64,000 nt of DNA from Nemertoderma westbladi (taxonomy: Eukaryota > Animalia > Xenacoelomorpha): assembly GCA_032718475.1 (NCBI GenBank), contig JAUCBJ010001286.1, forward strand, positions 1 through 64,000, read 5' to 3'. Numbering within the stretch: the first letter of the stretch is position 1; the number at the start of each line of letters is the position of its first letter. The position numbers and the translations under genes were made by a program. Under the pieces are notes generated by a model. The model saw nothing but the letters and a program-made list of their open reading frames with translations. It was not told where the DNA came from and ran no database searches. Positions 36,330-49,800 of this stretch are shown piece by piece.

Positions 36330-38492
36330 TGGTTGATATTAAATAATGTAATGTTTAATAAAGGCAAATAAGTAGACTAACTACCCCATCAATAGTACAT
36401 GCTGGCGTATAATTAACAGTTATGGAACTTGGAAAACAAAAGTGTACCCGGTTGGGTACACTCTTTTTTGTTTAGAAGAACCAATAGAATTGTGCTAAGG
36501 TCTTAACAATCTGGTAATTTCCGGTTAAAAATTCTCATACATCTATCTAAACTGTAGAGGGAGACTAAAGTCTGTTACCAGTCTACAACGATTGAACAGT
36601 ATAGGTAGTACAAGTAGTGGATTGAAAGGGATTTAATGATAGTATTAAATTCGTAATTCTAATTTCACAATTTTATTTGTAAAAATATTGCATATTACTA
36701 TTATTTACTACCATATTCTATTAACCCGATTTTCAACAATTAATTTTATCCTTTTTTGTTTTGATGGTAGAGTCTGAGCCTTGATGTTCGTTGATTGTAC
36801 TGAGTTTTTTTTCTCGAATTTGACGTTGTTATAAAATAAAAAAAGTATATTTTTGATGATTTTTTCCAAATTTAGTGTTTTGAAAATCTAGACCATGACC
36901 TACTACAGATACGACGCGCCGAACTGCTGCAAAGCCCCTAAATTTAGTGGCCCAGTAAATTCTCTTAGTTCGAACCCCTGAAACAATATGTCTAGCGCGT
37001 CGAAAGTACTTGTCCCTAACTAAAATTCTGTGTCTTTCAGAAGAGACAAATAAACATGTAATGTTTCCAGTAGTTTTCGAGATATGAGGAGTTCTTGGCA
37101 CACATACCAACCATATCAACACCTTTCGGGATTGATAAAATTACTCAAAATACATCACCCTTCAAAGAATTTGGTATAACCATTAAACCATAATGCTTTT
37201 TGGTTTGTTGAATAAATAGAAGCTATTAGAAGAAATTAGAAGAATAATTTTCATTTATATTTTTTAATACATTAGATACTAAAAGAGCACCAAAAGTGCA
37301 AGTAGCTTGACATTTTCAAACATCCAAAAGCGATAAATTAACTTACAGTTTGGCTACTGAGGTTTTAGAATGTGCTGATTTCATTGGGAAGGTTTATTCC
37401 TCTACATCAAACATATAGAAGAGTTGTGTAATATAACAACATAGGCATGTTGTTATATGAGTTATTAGACAGTTATTTGTGCCCCGGAGCACGAAAAAAA
37501 CAAGTAGTGGCAATGTGATAATGAAAATTCATCACAAAATCAAATTGATTTTATTACCATATTGGGTTTTTGGGATGCTGGTCACGAATATGACACTGAA
37601 AAATATCCTACCTTGCTAATTACGGCTTTTTTGGGTACGTGTCAATGTGCGGCCCACGAAAAATACAACTATCACAAATTTGATTATCAAAATTCATTAC
37701 CGAAACAACCTGATTTTATGACATTTATGGGTTTTCTGGGACGCAGATCACGAATATGACATTCAAAAATATCGCATTATCCAACCAAATTCGATTTTTG
37801 CCGTTTGAAATTTTATCCTACTTGTTTTTTTCGTACCACCTACAAGCACCAAAACGATAGTTGCGTTACCAAGAATGATTTTTAACGAGTTGTATCGTGA
37901 TCAGCGGCTTTGAAAACCAGTATAGCTTCAAAATTAAAGCTACCAAACCAAAGGCAAAATTTAACAGTTTGAAATTTTTGCTACTTGTGCAGTTGGAATG
38001 CAAACTTTATAGAGGATTGGATGAAATTTTGATGATAGGTTCATTATCGGACCTATTTGTGTATGCAAGGTTTTGATTGCTAGGGACCTGTTGGTTGCCT
38101 AGCAACAGTAAAATTATTTCTAGAATGAACGATCATATTCGTAGAATTCACTGAATCAAAATTATGTTGACATCTCATAGGGAGCACCTATTCGACATGC
38201 TTTCTGCAAAATTTCGCTTTATTTCGTTTAGAATTGTAGGAGAAGATACATTTCCTGCAAACAGTGTTTTTTTTATCATCAATATACTACTATTGCTGTG
38301 TACTTTGCCCAATGTTTCGCTTTGCGTTTTTCGTTATTAGGCTTCCTTCCCTGCATAGGCGCGAAAATTATTACAACAACATTATTGATAGCAATGGTCC
38401 GTCCATTATTGCCAGCTAGGGGCTGACAAGCTTGTTACTCTGTATATTAATTGATTTTTTTTAATATGACGATTTTAGCGTGTTGATTTTAA

Positions 38493-39252
38493 GGGGGGGG
38501 GGGGGGGGGGGGGGTACACCATTTTGGTCAAAAATATGTCGAAATTATTTTTATGATCTATTATAATGCACCATTGAATGGTGTTTCCAAATCTAAAAAC
38601 CGCTATTTAATATCTCTTTTAGTTTTCAAGTTATAACAATTTCCATTTAGGGATTCCTATTGAAATTACTATTACTATATACTGTTAATGAAAGGTCGAT
38701 TATCTCTAAATATTTTTTTTATGAAATTGTCAACTTCAAAACCCTACTACTTCTACAATTTTTGAGCAATTAGTCTGAAACTTTCTGTGGGTGTCTGCAT
38801 AGCCACCCTGCATAAAAGTATCAGACAACTTTTCGAAATTATTTGTTAATAAAATTTAATACTATTTATAACAAACCTAAAAATTAGGCATAAATTTGCA
38901 GCGCCACCTTGCGGTGCAGAATTATTTTCACAAAATTTCGCCTGATAGTTATGTTGCCCCATCTTTGATCTATCATATAAAATAACTTTCATGTGATTAG
39001 ATTCATAAACTGTAAAAGCCTTAGGGTTTTAAGCGCAACCAAGTTTTTTTTGTTGTTAACTAGTATTAACTAATATTAAATAGCGAAAAATAACAATTTT
39101 CTAACCTGTCATGTAGAATAGCATCTTAGGCACCAATATTCCAAATTATAGCCAAAACCAAACAATTTTGAAACGCTGAGAGTGATAAATCGAAGAGTTG
39201 TCCGAAAATGGTGTACACCCCCCCCCCTCCCCCCCCCCCCCCCCCCCCCCCC
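38493..39252. mobile_element. MITE with poly-G/poly-C expanded TIRs (Kolobok-like)
   Basis: TTAA-G(n)TACACCATTTTGGTCAA at the left end and TTGTCCGAAAATGGTGTACAC(n)-TAA at the right end. Confidence 0.6.
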
Positions 39253-40349
39253 TAACATAAATATTTTATTTGATTAAATAAATAAATGAATGAAGCTAAT
39301 TAACTATAATCTCCTCACTATGAAATACACGGCTACAAGGAAATCCTATATAATAGGCTAGACAGAGGGTAAAGTCCAAAATGAGATTACGTATTATTTA
39401 ATGTAAAAAATTAGAGACATATAGGTTTAAACGTACCGGTAACTCAGGATTACGGTAGTAACTGAATATGAACCTCTTAATTCCTCATCAACTAGAACTA
39501 GAGTAACATAAAGTATCAGTTCCCCAAATCATTAAACGACACTATATACCAGGACATGGTGTAGTTAAGTAGTAAACATACTCGATTACTGTAGCCTACA
39601 TATCAATAATTATTGCAGTTAATAAAAATTTCGCTAAATAATATCAGTTCCTCGTTATATTGAAGTCGTCATATGAACTTATCCCAGTATATCTATTATG
39701 TATCAATAACCTTTGTCTATGAAATCTAAGAAGCGAACACTGTTAAGGTGGTCACGTATTGTCTTACTTGAGATCCTCCGAACAGCCGAAAGGGCCGATA
39801 TGTCCGCGGGGGATTCAGATAGGAGTCCCGCTGGTTTACGCAGGAGAACTACACTAGCGTCATGGTTGTTAAAGAATAACCGGCCCCTCCAACCTCAAGT
39901 CCAGCAGTAGCTTCATCTCTACATCAGATAAATAACTAATTTTACTCTCCTTCATGAATTTCGATGGACGATGGACGGTATCTTTTTACTGGCGTCTTCG
40001 AGGAGATTGAGGCAATCTGCACACTGAAGTCAGAACAGATTCGTGGTGAACCATTTACAGGTTTAACATCATCTTTCAGTCTTTTGATAAAGATGGCCGC
40101 TGCTGGTTACTGAATATATCGCCCGTCGAAATGTCAGAATGTACAAATGTTAGTGGAAGGCTCTGGTGTCATAAGTTCTGTAGAAGAGAAGAGCCCTGAC
40201 GAGTCAAGGGTCAAACTAAGTGCCACTGTAGCCCGAGCCGAGCGTCATCCATAATCCACACCGGACTTTCCTACCATAACTGCTAATTGCGCAAACAGTG
40301 ATACTATGTCAGTATGTCCAGACCAGACCAAAATTAGGCCCCCTACAGG

Positions 40350-41745
40350 TTTCCCACATTCCCACCCACCTTCCCATATTCCCATCTTCCCACAATCTCA
40401 TCTTCTGACAATCCCATCTTCCTACATTCCCATCTTCCTACATTACGACACACCTTACCACCCACCTTCCCATCTTCCAAACTTCCCACATTCCCATCTT
40501 CCTACATTCCCACTCACCTTCCCACATTCCCATCTTCCCACATTCCCATCAACCTTCCCATATTCCCATCTTCCTACATTCCCACCCAACTTCCAACATA
40601 ACCACCTTCATACAATCCCACCCACCTTCCCACATTCCAATCTTCCTACATTCCCATCCACATTCCCACATTCCCACCCACCTTTCCATATTCCCACATT
40701 CCCACAATTCCATCTTCCCACAATCCCAACTTCCTACATTCCCATCATCCTACATTCCCACCCACCTTCCCATCTTCCTACATTCCCACTCACCTTACAA
40801 TATTCCCACCCACCTTCCCACATTCCCATCTTCCTACATTCCCAACCACCATACCATATTCCCACATTCCCATCTTCCTACATTCCCATCTTCCTACATA
40901 CCCATCTTCCTACATTCCCACCCACCTTCCCACATTCCCAGATTCCTACATTCCCACCCATCTTCCCATCTTCACGCATTCCCATCTTCCCACATTCCCA
41001 TCTTCCTACATTCCCACCCACCTTCCCACCCACCTTCCCTTTTTCCCACATTCCCAACTTCCTACATTCCAATCTTCCTACATTCCCATCTTGCTACATT
41101 CCCACAATCCCATCTTCCTACATTCCCACCCACTTTCCCACATTCTCATCCACCTTCCCAAATTTCCATTTCCTACATTCCCATCATCCTACATTCCCAT
41201 CTTCCTACATTCCCATCTTCCCACATTCCCACCTACCTTCCCACATTCCCACCTTCCTACATTCCCATCTTCCTACATTCCTACCCACATTCCCTTGTTC
41301 CTAGATTGACATCCTCCCACATTCCCATCTTCCCACATTCACATATTCCCACATTCCCATCTTCCCACATTCTCATCTTCCTACATTCCCACCCACCTTC
41401 CCACATTCCCACCCACATTCCCACCTTCCTACATTCCCACACACCTTCCCACATTCCCATCTACCCACATTCCCATTTTCCCACATTCCCATCTTCCCAC
41501 ATTCCCATCTTCCTACATTCCCACCCATTTTCCCACATTCCCATCCACCTTCCCAAATTCCCATCTTCCTACATTACCATCTTCCTACATTCCCATCTTC
41601 CTACATTCCCATCTTCCTACATTCCCACCGACCAACCCACCAACCCAGCCACTCACCGAACGACCTACCGACCGACCGACCAACCAACCGACCGACCGGC
41701 CAATCAAGAATCAACCGAGCCACACACCCACCTACCCACCACCCC
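40350..41745 (+). repeat. C-rich low-complexity array of 8-mers (CCCACATT / CCCATCTT / CCTACATT) ending in (CCGA/CCAA)n
   Basis: Directly visible. Almost no G on the + strand for ~1.3 kb. Confidence 0.9.
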
Positions 41746-41963
41746 TTTAAACAAATGTTGACCCATTTTATTTTGGCTTTAATGGGCACCCTGGACTTGT
41801 TCACATGGGCCCTTATACAGCTATGCTACATATCTTAAATATTATATTAAAACACAAACATATGATAAATATATGATAAACATATGATAAATATATGATA
41901 AAACATATGATAAATAAATGTAAAAACAGAAAAGGAAGATAAAGAAAAATAGGTTCTGGACGC

Positions 41964-42241
41964 CACCCATGTGAAGAATACCAGGATTTCACTTTTCGGT
42001 CGACTTTTTATTGGAATTTTATATATGAAGATTTTTTATTTTTTTTAATCTATCTTTATTAAGTGTTTTATAGCGCTTATTTCTGTATTATAACCTGTAC
42101 ATATACTAATTCGTTTATTGTTTTGGTTAGATTCAGCCCTTCAGTAAGCTGTGTTTTTGGTGAAAACCTGGTATTCTTCAGATGGGGGTAACTGCAAACT
42201 GAAATATAACGGTAGAAAGTCTGGTATTCTTCACATGGGCC
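41964..42241 (-). mobile_element. Merlin-like MITE, copy 2
   Basis: Reverse complement of 15534-15816. TSD CTGGACGC at 41956-41963 and 42242-42249. Confidence 0.82.
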
Positions 42242-42505
42242 CTGGACGCAGTCCATATTTTCAAAGCTTACAATTTAATAATTAAGTAAAGTTATTTCTA
42301 AGACGATAATGTATTTTATAAGCAATATTTACAATACTAAACAATTCCATTACTCCTGGGTGTACTTTATCTCTGTGCGGTACCATTTGGTGCCAAAAGA
42401 AATTAATTGGATATTATGAGTTTTCCCACTTACTTGAGCCTGCCCAGTAACTAAGTTCTTCCCTTATGCTGCTGGTCCTCCAATCAAATTTAATGGGAGC
42501 AGAAA

Positions 42506-43192
42506 AGTGCTTGGTGAACCACAAACCAATATTATTTCCTTAACAACAGTTTATTAGTAAAAGCTTTTCACATTATTTATTAGTGATTAACCAATCAGAG
42601 CATTTATTTGGGAATAATACTCCAGTGTCAGTCACCCAGCATCTGCTTCGAATTTATATATCACTGTATTGATCTATTATCTATTGTAATTTAAATTACA
42701 ATTGTAATTATTTTTATATGACAATCTTTTCAACTCTTTCTGCATTACATACTGTAACTACAGTTTTACTCAATCTATGGGTAAAACACTAGAGTCTTAT
42801 ACCCCACAAACTAACAAAAAACATGGGATCAGGACATTACGCCCAAAGTAGTGCTCAGCCCTAAGGCCATCAAAAAACAACACAAATAATACAAACAACA
42901 ACGACATAAACAAAAAACAAATATATTAAAACATGCTCAACATACAAGTATGTATCACACCATAACCCTAACCTAGTCATATAAAAATAATTACAATTGT
43001 AATTTAAATTACAATAGATAATAGATCAATACAATGATATATAAATTCGAAGCAGATGCTGGGTGACTGACACTGGAGTATTATTCCCAAATAAATGCTC
43101 TGATTGGTTAATCACTAATAAATAATGTGAAAAGCTTTTACTAATAAACTGTTGTTAAGGAAATAATATTGGTTTGTGGTTTACCATGCACT
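42506..43192. repeat. Long near-perfect inverted repeat (~215-bp arms, ~250-bp spacer)
   Basis: ~42506-42722 is the reverse complement of ~42976-43192 with very few mismatches. No TSD seen. Confidence 0.9.
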
Positions 43193-43362
43193 AAATGATA
43201 CCGGTAGTCAGTATAGTTTTACTCAGATAGGGGGGGGGGGGGGGGGGGGGGAGTCGACTTTCGACGCAAATAATAGCTGATTACTCCAAAAAAGCAACCT
43301 TGTTACAACTTGTTCTAAATACAAACCTTATTATTGGAGAAATCCTTTTTAATGGGGAGGGG

Positions 43363-43613
43363 GGCCCATGTGAAGAATACCAGACTTCCTGCTGTTATTT
43401 TTCACATACCAGGTTTTTACCAAAAACACATGTTACAGAAGGGGTGAATCTAACCAAAACAATAAACGAATTAGTATATGTACAGGTTATAAGACAGAAA
43501 TAAGCGCTATAAAACACTCAATAAAGATAAATAAAAAAAAAATTTTAATATATAAAATTCCAATAAAAAGTCGATCGAAAAGTGAAAACCTGGTATTCTT
43601 CGCATGATGGGCG
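43363..43613 (+). mobile_element. Merlin-like MITE, copy 3 (internal deletion)
   Basis: Same TIRs and body. Flanks GGGAGGGG and GGGAAGGG match at 7 of 8 positions. Confidence 0.75.
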
Positions 43614-43875
43614 GGGAAGGGGGTAAACCCCACACTCGGGTCAAAATCTCATGTATTTATTTTTATATTCCATCTACTATAGCAGAACTTATTAAGATTT
43701 CAAATGTGAAAACGGCTTAGCGGGATGGGATCTATTTTAGTTCTTGAGTTATCACTGTCTCAATATCTGTCGGTCTATCCGTTAAATCTGACTGTCATAT
43801 ATGAGACAGACAGACCGCACAATTTTTATTGCGTTTTATTTTCACTAAATTTAATAATTCTCCACTAAAATTAAT

Positions 43876-46800
43876 CAGCTGAACCAATCAGTTGTATTTG
43901 TGGCCCCCATCACCTACCGGAGAACATCTGTACCAATCGGTTGTATTTGTGGCCCCCATCACCTACCGGAGAATAGCTGAACCAATCGGTTGTATTTGTG
44001 GCCCCCATCACCTACCAGAGAACAGCTGAACTGATCAGTTGTATTATTGTGGCCCCCATCACCTACCAGAGAACAGCTGAACTGATCGGTTGTATTATTG
44101 TGGTCCCCATCACCTACCGGAGAACAGCTGAACTGATCGGTTGTATTATTGTGGTCCCCATCACCTACCGGAGAACAGCTGAACCAATCGGTTGTATTTG
44201 TGGCCCCCATCACCTACCAGAGAACAGCTGAACTGATCAGTTGTATTATTGTGGCCCCCATCACCTACCAGAGAACAGCTGAACTGATCGGTTGTATTAT
44301 TGTGGTCCCCATCACCTACCGGAGAACAGCTGAACCAATCGGTTGTATTTGTGGCCCCCATCACCTACCGGAGAACAGCTGAACCGATCGGTTGTATTTG
44401 TGACCCCCATCACCTACCGGAGAATAGCTGAACTGATCTGTTGTATTATTGTGGCCCCCATCACCTACCAGAGAACAGCTGAACTGATCGGTTGTATTTT
44501 TGGGTGTCCCCATCACCTACCGGAGAACAGCTGAACCAATCGGTTGTATTTGTGGCCCCCATCACCTACCGGAGAACATCTGTACCAATCGGTTGTATTT
44601 GTGGCCCCCATCACTGGAGAACATCTGTACCAATCGGTTGTATTTGTGGCCCCCATCACCTACCGGAGAACATCTGTACCAATCGGTTGTATTTGTGGCC
44701 CCCATCACCTACCGGAGAATAGCTGAACTGATCGGTTGTATTATTGTGGTCCCCATCACCTACCGGAGAACAGCTGAACCAATCGGTTGTATTTGTGGCC
44801 CCCATCACCTACCGGAGAACATCTGTACCAATCGGTTGTATTTGTGGCCCCCATCACTGGAGAACATCTGTACCAATCGGTTGTATTTGTGGCCCCCATC
44901 ACCTACCGGAGAACATCTGTACCAATCGGTTGTATTTGTGGCCCCCATCACCTACCGGAGAATAGCTGAACTGATCGGTTGTATTATTGTGGTCCCCATC
45001 ACCTACCGGAGAACAGCTGAACTGATCGGTTGTATTATTGTGGCCCCCATCACTGGAGAATAGCTGAACCGATCGGTTGTATTTGTGTCCCCCATCACTG
45101 GAGAATAGCTGAACCGATCGGTTGTATTTGTGTCCCCCATCACCTACCGGAGAACAGATGAAGTGATCGGTTGTATTTGTGGCCCCCATCACTGGAGAAT
45201 AGCTGAACCGATCGGTTGTATTTGTGTCCCCCATCACTGGAGAATAGCTGAACTGATCGGTTGTATTTGTGTCCCCCATCACCTACTGGAGAATAGCTGA
45301 ACTGATCGGTTGTATTTGTGTCCCCCATCACCTACCGGAGAACAGCTGAACTGATCGGTTGTATTATTGTGGCCCCCATCACTGGAGAATAGCTGAACCG
45401 ATCGGTTGTATTTGTGTCCCCCATCACTGGAGAATAGCTGAACCGATCGGTTGTATTTGTGTCCCCCATCACCTACCGGAGAACAGATGAAGTGATCGGT
45501 TGTATTTGTGGCCCCCATCACTGGAGAATAGCTGAACCGATCGGTTGTATTTGTGTCCCCCATCACTGGAGAATAGCTGAACTGATCGGTTGTATTTGTG
45601 TCCCCCATCACCTACTGGAGAATAGCTGAACTGATCGGTTGTATTTGTGTCCCCCATCACCTACCGGAGAACAGCTGAACCGATCGGTTGTATTTGTGGC
45701 CCACATCACCTACCGGAGAACAGATTAACTGATCGGTTGTATTTGTGGCCCCCATCACCTACCGGAGAACAGCTGAACCGATCGGTTGTATTTGTGGCCC
45801 CCATCACCTACCGGAGAACAGCTGAACCGATCGGTTGTATTTGTGGCCCACATCACCTACCGGAGAACAGATTAACTGATCGGTTGTATTTGTGGCCCCC
45901 ATCACCTACCGGAGAACAGCTGAACCAATCGGTTGTATTTGTGGCCCACATCACCTACCGGAGAACAGCTGAACCAATCGGTTGTATTTGTGGCCCCCAT
46001 CAACTACTGGAGAACAGCTGTACCGATCGGTTGTATTTCTGGCCCCCATCACCTACCAGAGAACAGATGAACCAATCAGTTGTATTTGTGGCCCCCATCA
46101 CCTACCGGAGAATAGCTGAACTAATCGGTTGTATTATTGTGGTCCCCATCACATAGTGGTGAATAGCTGAACCAATCGGTTGTATTTGTGGCCCCCATCA
46201 CCTACCGGAGAACAGCTGAACCGATCGGTTGTATTTGTGGCCCACATCACCTACCGGAGAACAGATTAACTGATCGGTTGTATTGTGGCCCCCATCACCT
46301 ACCGGAGAACAGCTGAACCAATCGGTTGTATTTGTGGCCCCCATCACCTACCAGAGAACAGCTGAACCAATCGGTTGTATTTGTGGCCCCCATCAACTAC
46401 TGGAGAACAGCTGTACCGATCGGTTGTATTTCTGGCCCCCATCACCTACCAGAGAACAGCTGTACCGATTGGTTGTATTTCTGGCCCCCATCACCTACCG
46501 GAGAACAGATGAACTGATCGGTTGTATTTGTGGCCCCCATCACCTACCGGAGAACAGATGAACTGATCGGTTGTATTATTGTGGCCCCCATCACCTACCG
46601 GAGAATAGCTGAACTAATCGGTTGTATTATTGTGGTCCCCATCACATAGTGGTGAATAGCTGAACCAATCGGTTGTATTTGTGGCCCCCATCACCTACCG
46701 GAGAACAGCTGAACCGATCGGTTGTATTTGTGGCCCCCATCACTGGAGAATAGCTGAACCAATCGGTTGTATTTGTGGCCCCCATCACTGGAGAATAGCT

Positions 46801-49800
46801 GAACTGATCGGTTGTATTTGTGGCCCCCATCACCTACCAGAGAACAGCTGAACCAATCGGTTGTATTTGTGGCCCCCATCAACTACTGGAGAACAGCTGT
46901 ACCGATCGGTTGTATTTCTGGCCCCCATCACCTACCAGAGAACAGCTGTACCGATTGGTTGTATTTCTGGCCCCCATCACCTACCGGAGAACAGATGAAC
47001 TGATCGGTTGTATTTGTGGCCCCCATCACCTACCGGAGAACAGATGAACTGATCGGTTGTATTATTGTGGCCCCCATCACCTACCGGAGAATAGCTGAAC
47101 TAATCGGTTGTATTATTGTGGTCCCCATCACATAGTGGTGAATAGCTGAACCAATCAGTTGTATTTGTGGCCCCCATCAACTCCTGGAGAACAGATGAAC
47201 TGATCGGTTGTATTTGTGGTCCCCATCAACTACTAGAGAATAGCTGTTCCGATCGGTTGTATTTGTGGCCCCATCACCTACCGGAGAATAGCTGAACCAA
47301 TCGGTTGTATTTGTGTCCCCCATCACTGGAGAATAGCTGAACCGATCGGTTGTATTTGTGTCCCCCATCACTGGAGAATAGCTGAACCGATCGGTTGTAT
47401 TTGTGTCCCCCATCACTGGAGAATAGCTGAACTGATCGGTTGTATTATTGTGGTCCCCATCACATAGTGGTGAATAGCTGAACCAATCGGTTGTATTTGT
47501 GGCCCCCATCACTGGAGAATAGCTGAACCGATCGGTTGTATTTGTGTCCCCCATCACCTACCGGAGAACAGCTGAACCAATCGGTTGTATTTGTGTCCCC
47601 CATCACTGGAGAATAGCTGAACCGATCGGTTGTATTTGTGTCCCCCATCACTGGAGAATAGCTGAACTGATCGGTTGTATTATTGTGGTCCCCCTCACCT
47701 ACCAGAGAACAGCTGAACCAATCGGTTGAATTTGTGGCCCCCATCACCTACCAGAGAACAGATGAACTGATCGGTTGTATTATTGTGGCCCCCATCACCT
47801 ACCGGAGAATAGCTGAACTAATCGGTTGTATTATTGTGGTCCCCATCACATAGTGGTGAATAGCTGAACCAATCGGTTGTATTTGTGGCCCCCATCACTG
47901 GAGAATAGCTGAACCGATCGGTTGTATTTGTGTCCCCCATCACTGGAGAATAGCTGAACTGATCGGTTGTATTTGTGTCCCCCATCACTGGAGAATAGCT
48001 GAACCGATCGGTTGTATTTGTGTCCCCCATCACTGGAGAATAGCTGAACCGATCGGTTGTATTTGTGTCCCCCATCACTGGAGAATAGCTGAACCGATCG
48101 GTTGTATTTGAGTCCCCCATCACTGGAGAATAGCTGGACTGATCGGTTGTATTTGTGTCCCCCATCACTGGAGAATAGCTGAACTGATCGGTTGTATTTG
48201 TGTCCCCCATCACTGGAGAATAGCTGAACCGATCGGTTGTATTTGTGTCCCCCATCACTGGAGAATAGCTGAACCGATCGGTTGTATTTGTGTCCCCCAT
48301 CACTGGAGAATAGCTGAACTGATCGGTTGTATTTGTGTCCCCCATCACTGGAGAATAGCTGAACCGATCGGTTGTATTTGTGTCCCCCATCACTGGAGAA
48401 TAGCTGAACCGATCGGTTGTATTTGTGTCCCCCATCACTGGAGAATAGCTGAACCGATCGGTTGTATTTGAGTCCCCCATCACTGGAGAATAGCTGAACT
48501 GATCGGTTGTATTATTGTGGTCCCCCTCACATAGTGGTGAATAGCTGAACCAATCGGTTGTATTTGTGGCCCCCATCACTGGAGAATAGCTGAACCGATC
48601 GGTTGTATTTGTGTCCCCCATCACTGGAGAATAGCTGAACTGATCGGTTGTATTATTGTGGTCCCCATCACATAGTGGTGAATAGCTGAACCAATCGGTT
48701 GTATTTGTGGCCCCCATCACTGGAGAATAGCTGAACCGATCGGTTGTATTTGTGTCCCCCATCACTGGAGAATAGCTGAACTGATCGGTTGTATTTGTGT
48801 CCCCCATCACTGGAGAATAGCTGAACCAATCGGTTGTATTTGTGGCCCCCATCACTGGAGAATAGCTGAACCGATCGGTTGTATTTGTGTCCCCCATCAC
48901 TGGAGAATAGCTGAACCGATCGGTTGTATTTGTGTCCCCCATCACTGGAGAATAGCTGAACTGATCGGTTGTATTTGTGTCCCCCATCACTGGAGAATAG
49001 CTGGACTGATCGGTTGTATTTGTGTCCCCCATCACTGGAGAACAGCTGAACTAATCAGTTGTATTTGTGTCCCCCATCACTGGAGAACAGCTGAACTAAT
49101 CAGTTGTATTTGTGTCCCCCATCACTGGAGAATAGCTGAACCGATCGGTTGTATTTGTGTCCCCCATCACTGGAGAATAGCTGGACTGATCGGTTGTATT
49201 TGTGTCCCCCATCACCTACCGGAGAACAGCTGAACCAATCAGTTGTATTTGTGGCCCCCATCACCTACCGGAGAACAGCTGAACCAATCAGTTGTATTTG
49301 TGTCCCCCATCACCTACCAGAGAACAGCTGTACCGATCGGTTGCATTTGTGACCCCCTTCACCTACCGGAGAACAGCTGAATAGATCGGTTGTACTTGTG
49401 TCCCCCATCACCTACCGGAGAACAGCTGTACTGATCGGTTGTATTTGTGTCCCCCATCACCTACCGGAGAACAGATGAACCAATCAGTTGTATTTGTGGC
49501 CCCCATCACCTACCGGAGAACAGCTGAACCAATCAGTTGTGTTTGTGTCCCCCATCACTGGAGAATAGCTGAACCGATCGGTTGTATTTGTGTCCCCCAT
49601 CACCGGAGAATAGCTGAACCGATCGGTTGTATTTGTGTCCCCCATCACTGGAGAATAGCTGAACCGATCGGTTGTATTTGTGGCCCCCATCACTGGAGAA
49701 TAGCTGAACCGATCGGTTGTATTTGAGTCCCCCATCACTGGAGAATAGCTGGACTGATCGGTTGTATTTGTGTCCCCCATCACCTACCGGAGAACAGATG

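Noticed and set aside
40190-40235. Second hammerhead-like motif CTGACGAGTCAAGGGTCAAAC
   Set aside because: It lacks an intact GAAA box, and stems I-III do not pair convincingly.
39700-40330. Possible LINE ORF1/5' remnant
   Set aside because: Composition looks coding-like, but there is no sustained frame or identifiable motif.
40306-41804. Pro/His-rich ORFs of 332 and 151 aa
   Set aside because: They are translations of a G-free low-complexity repeat that rarely forms stops.
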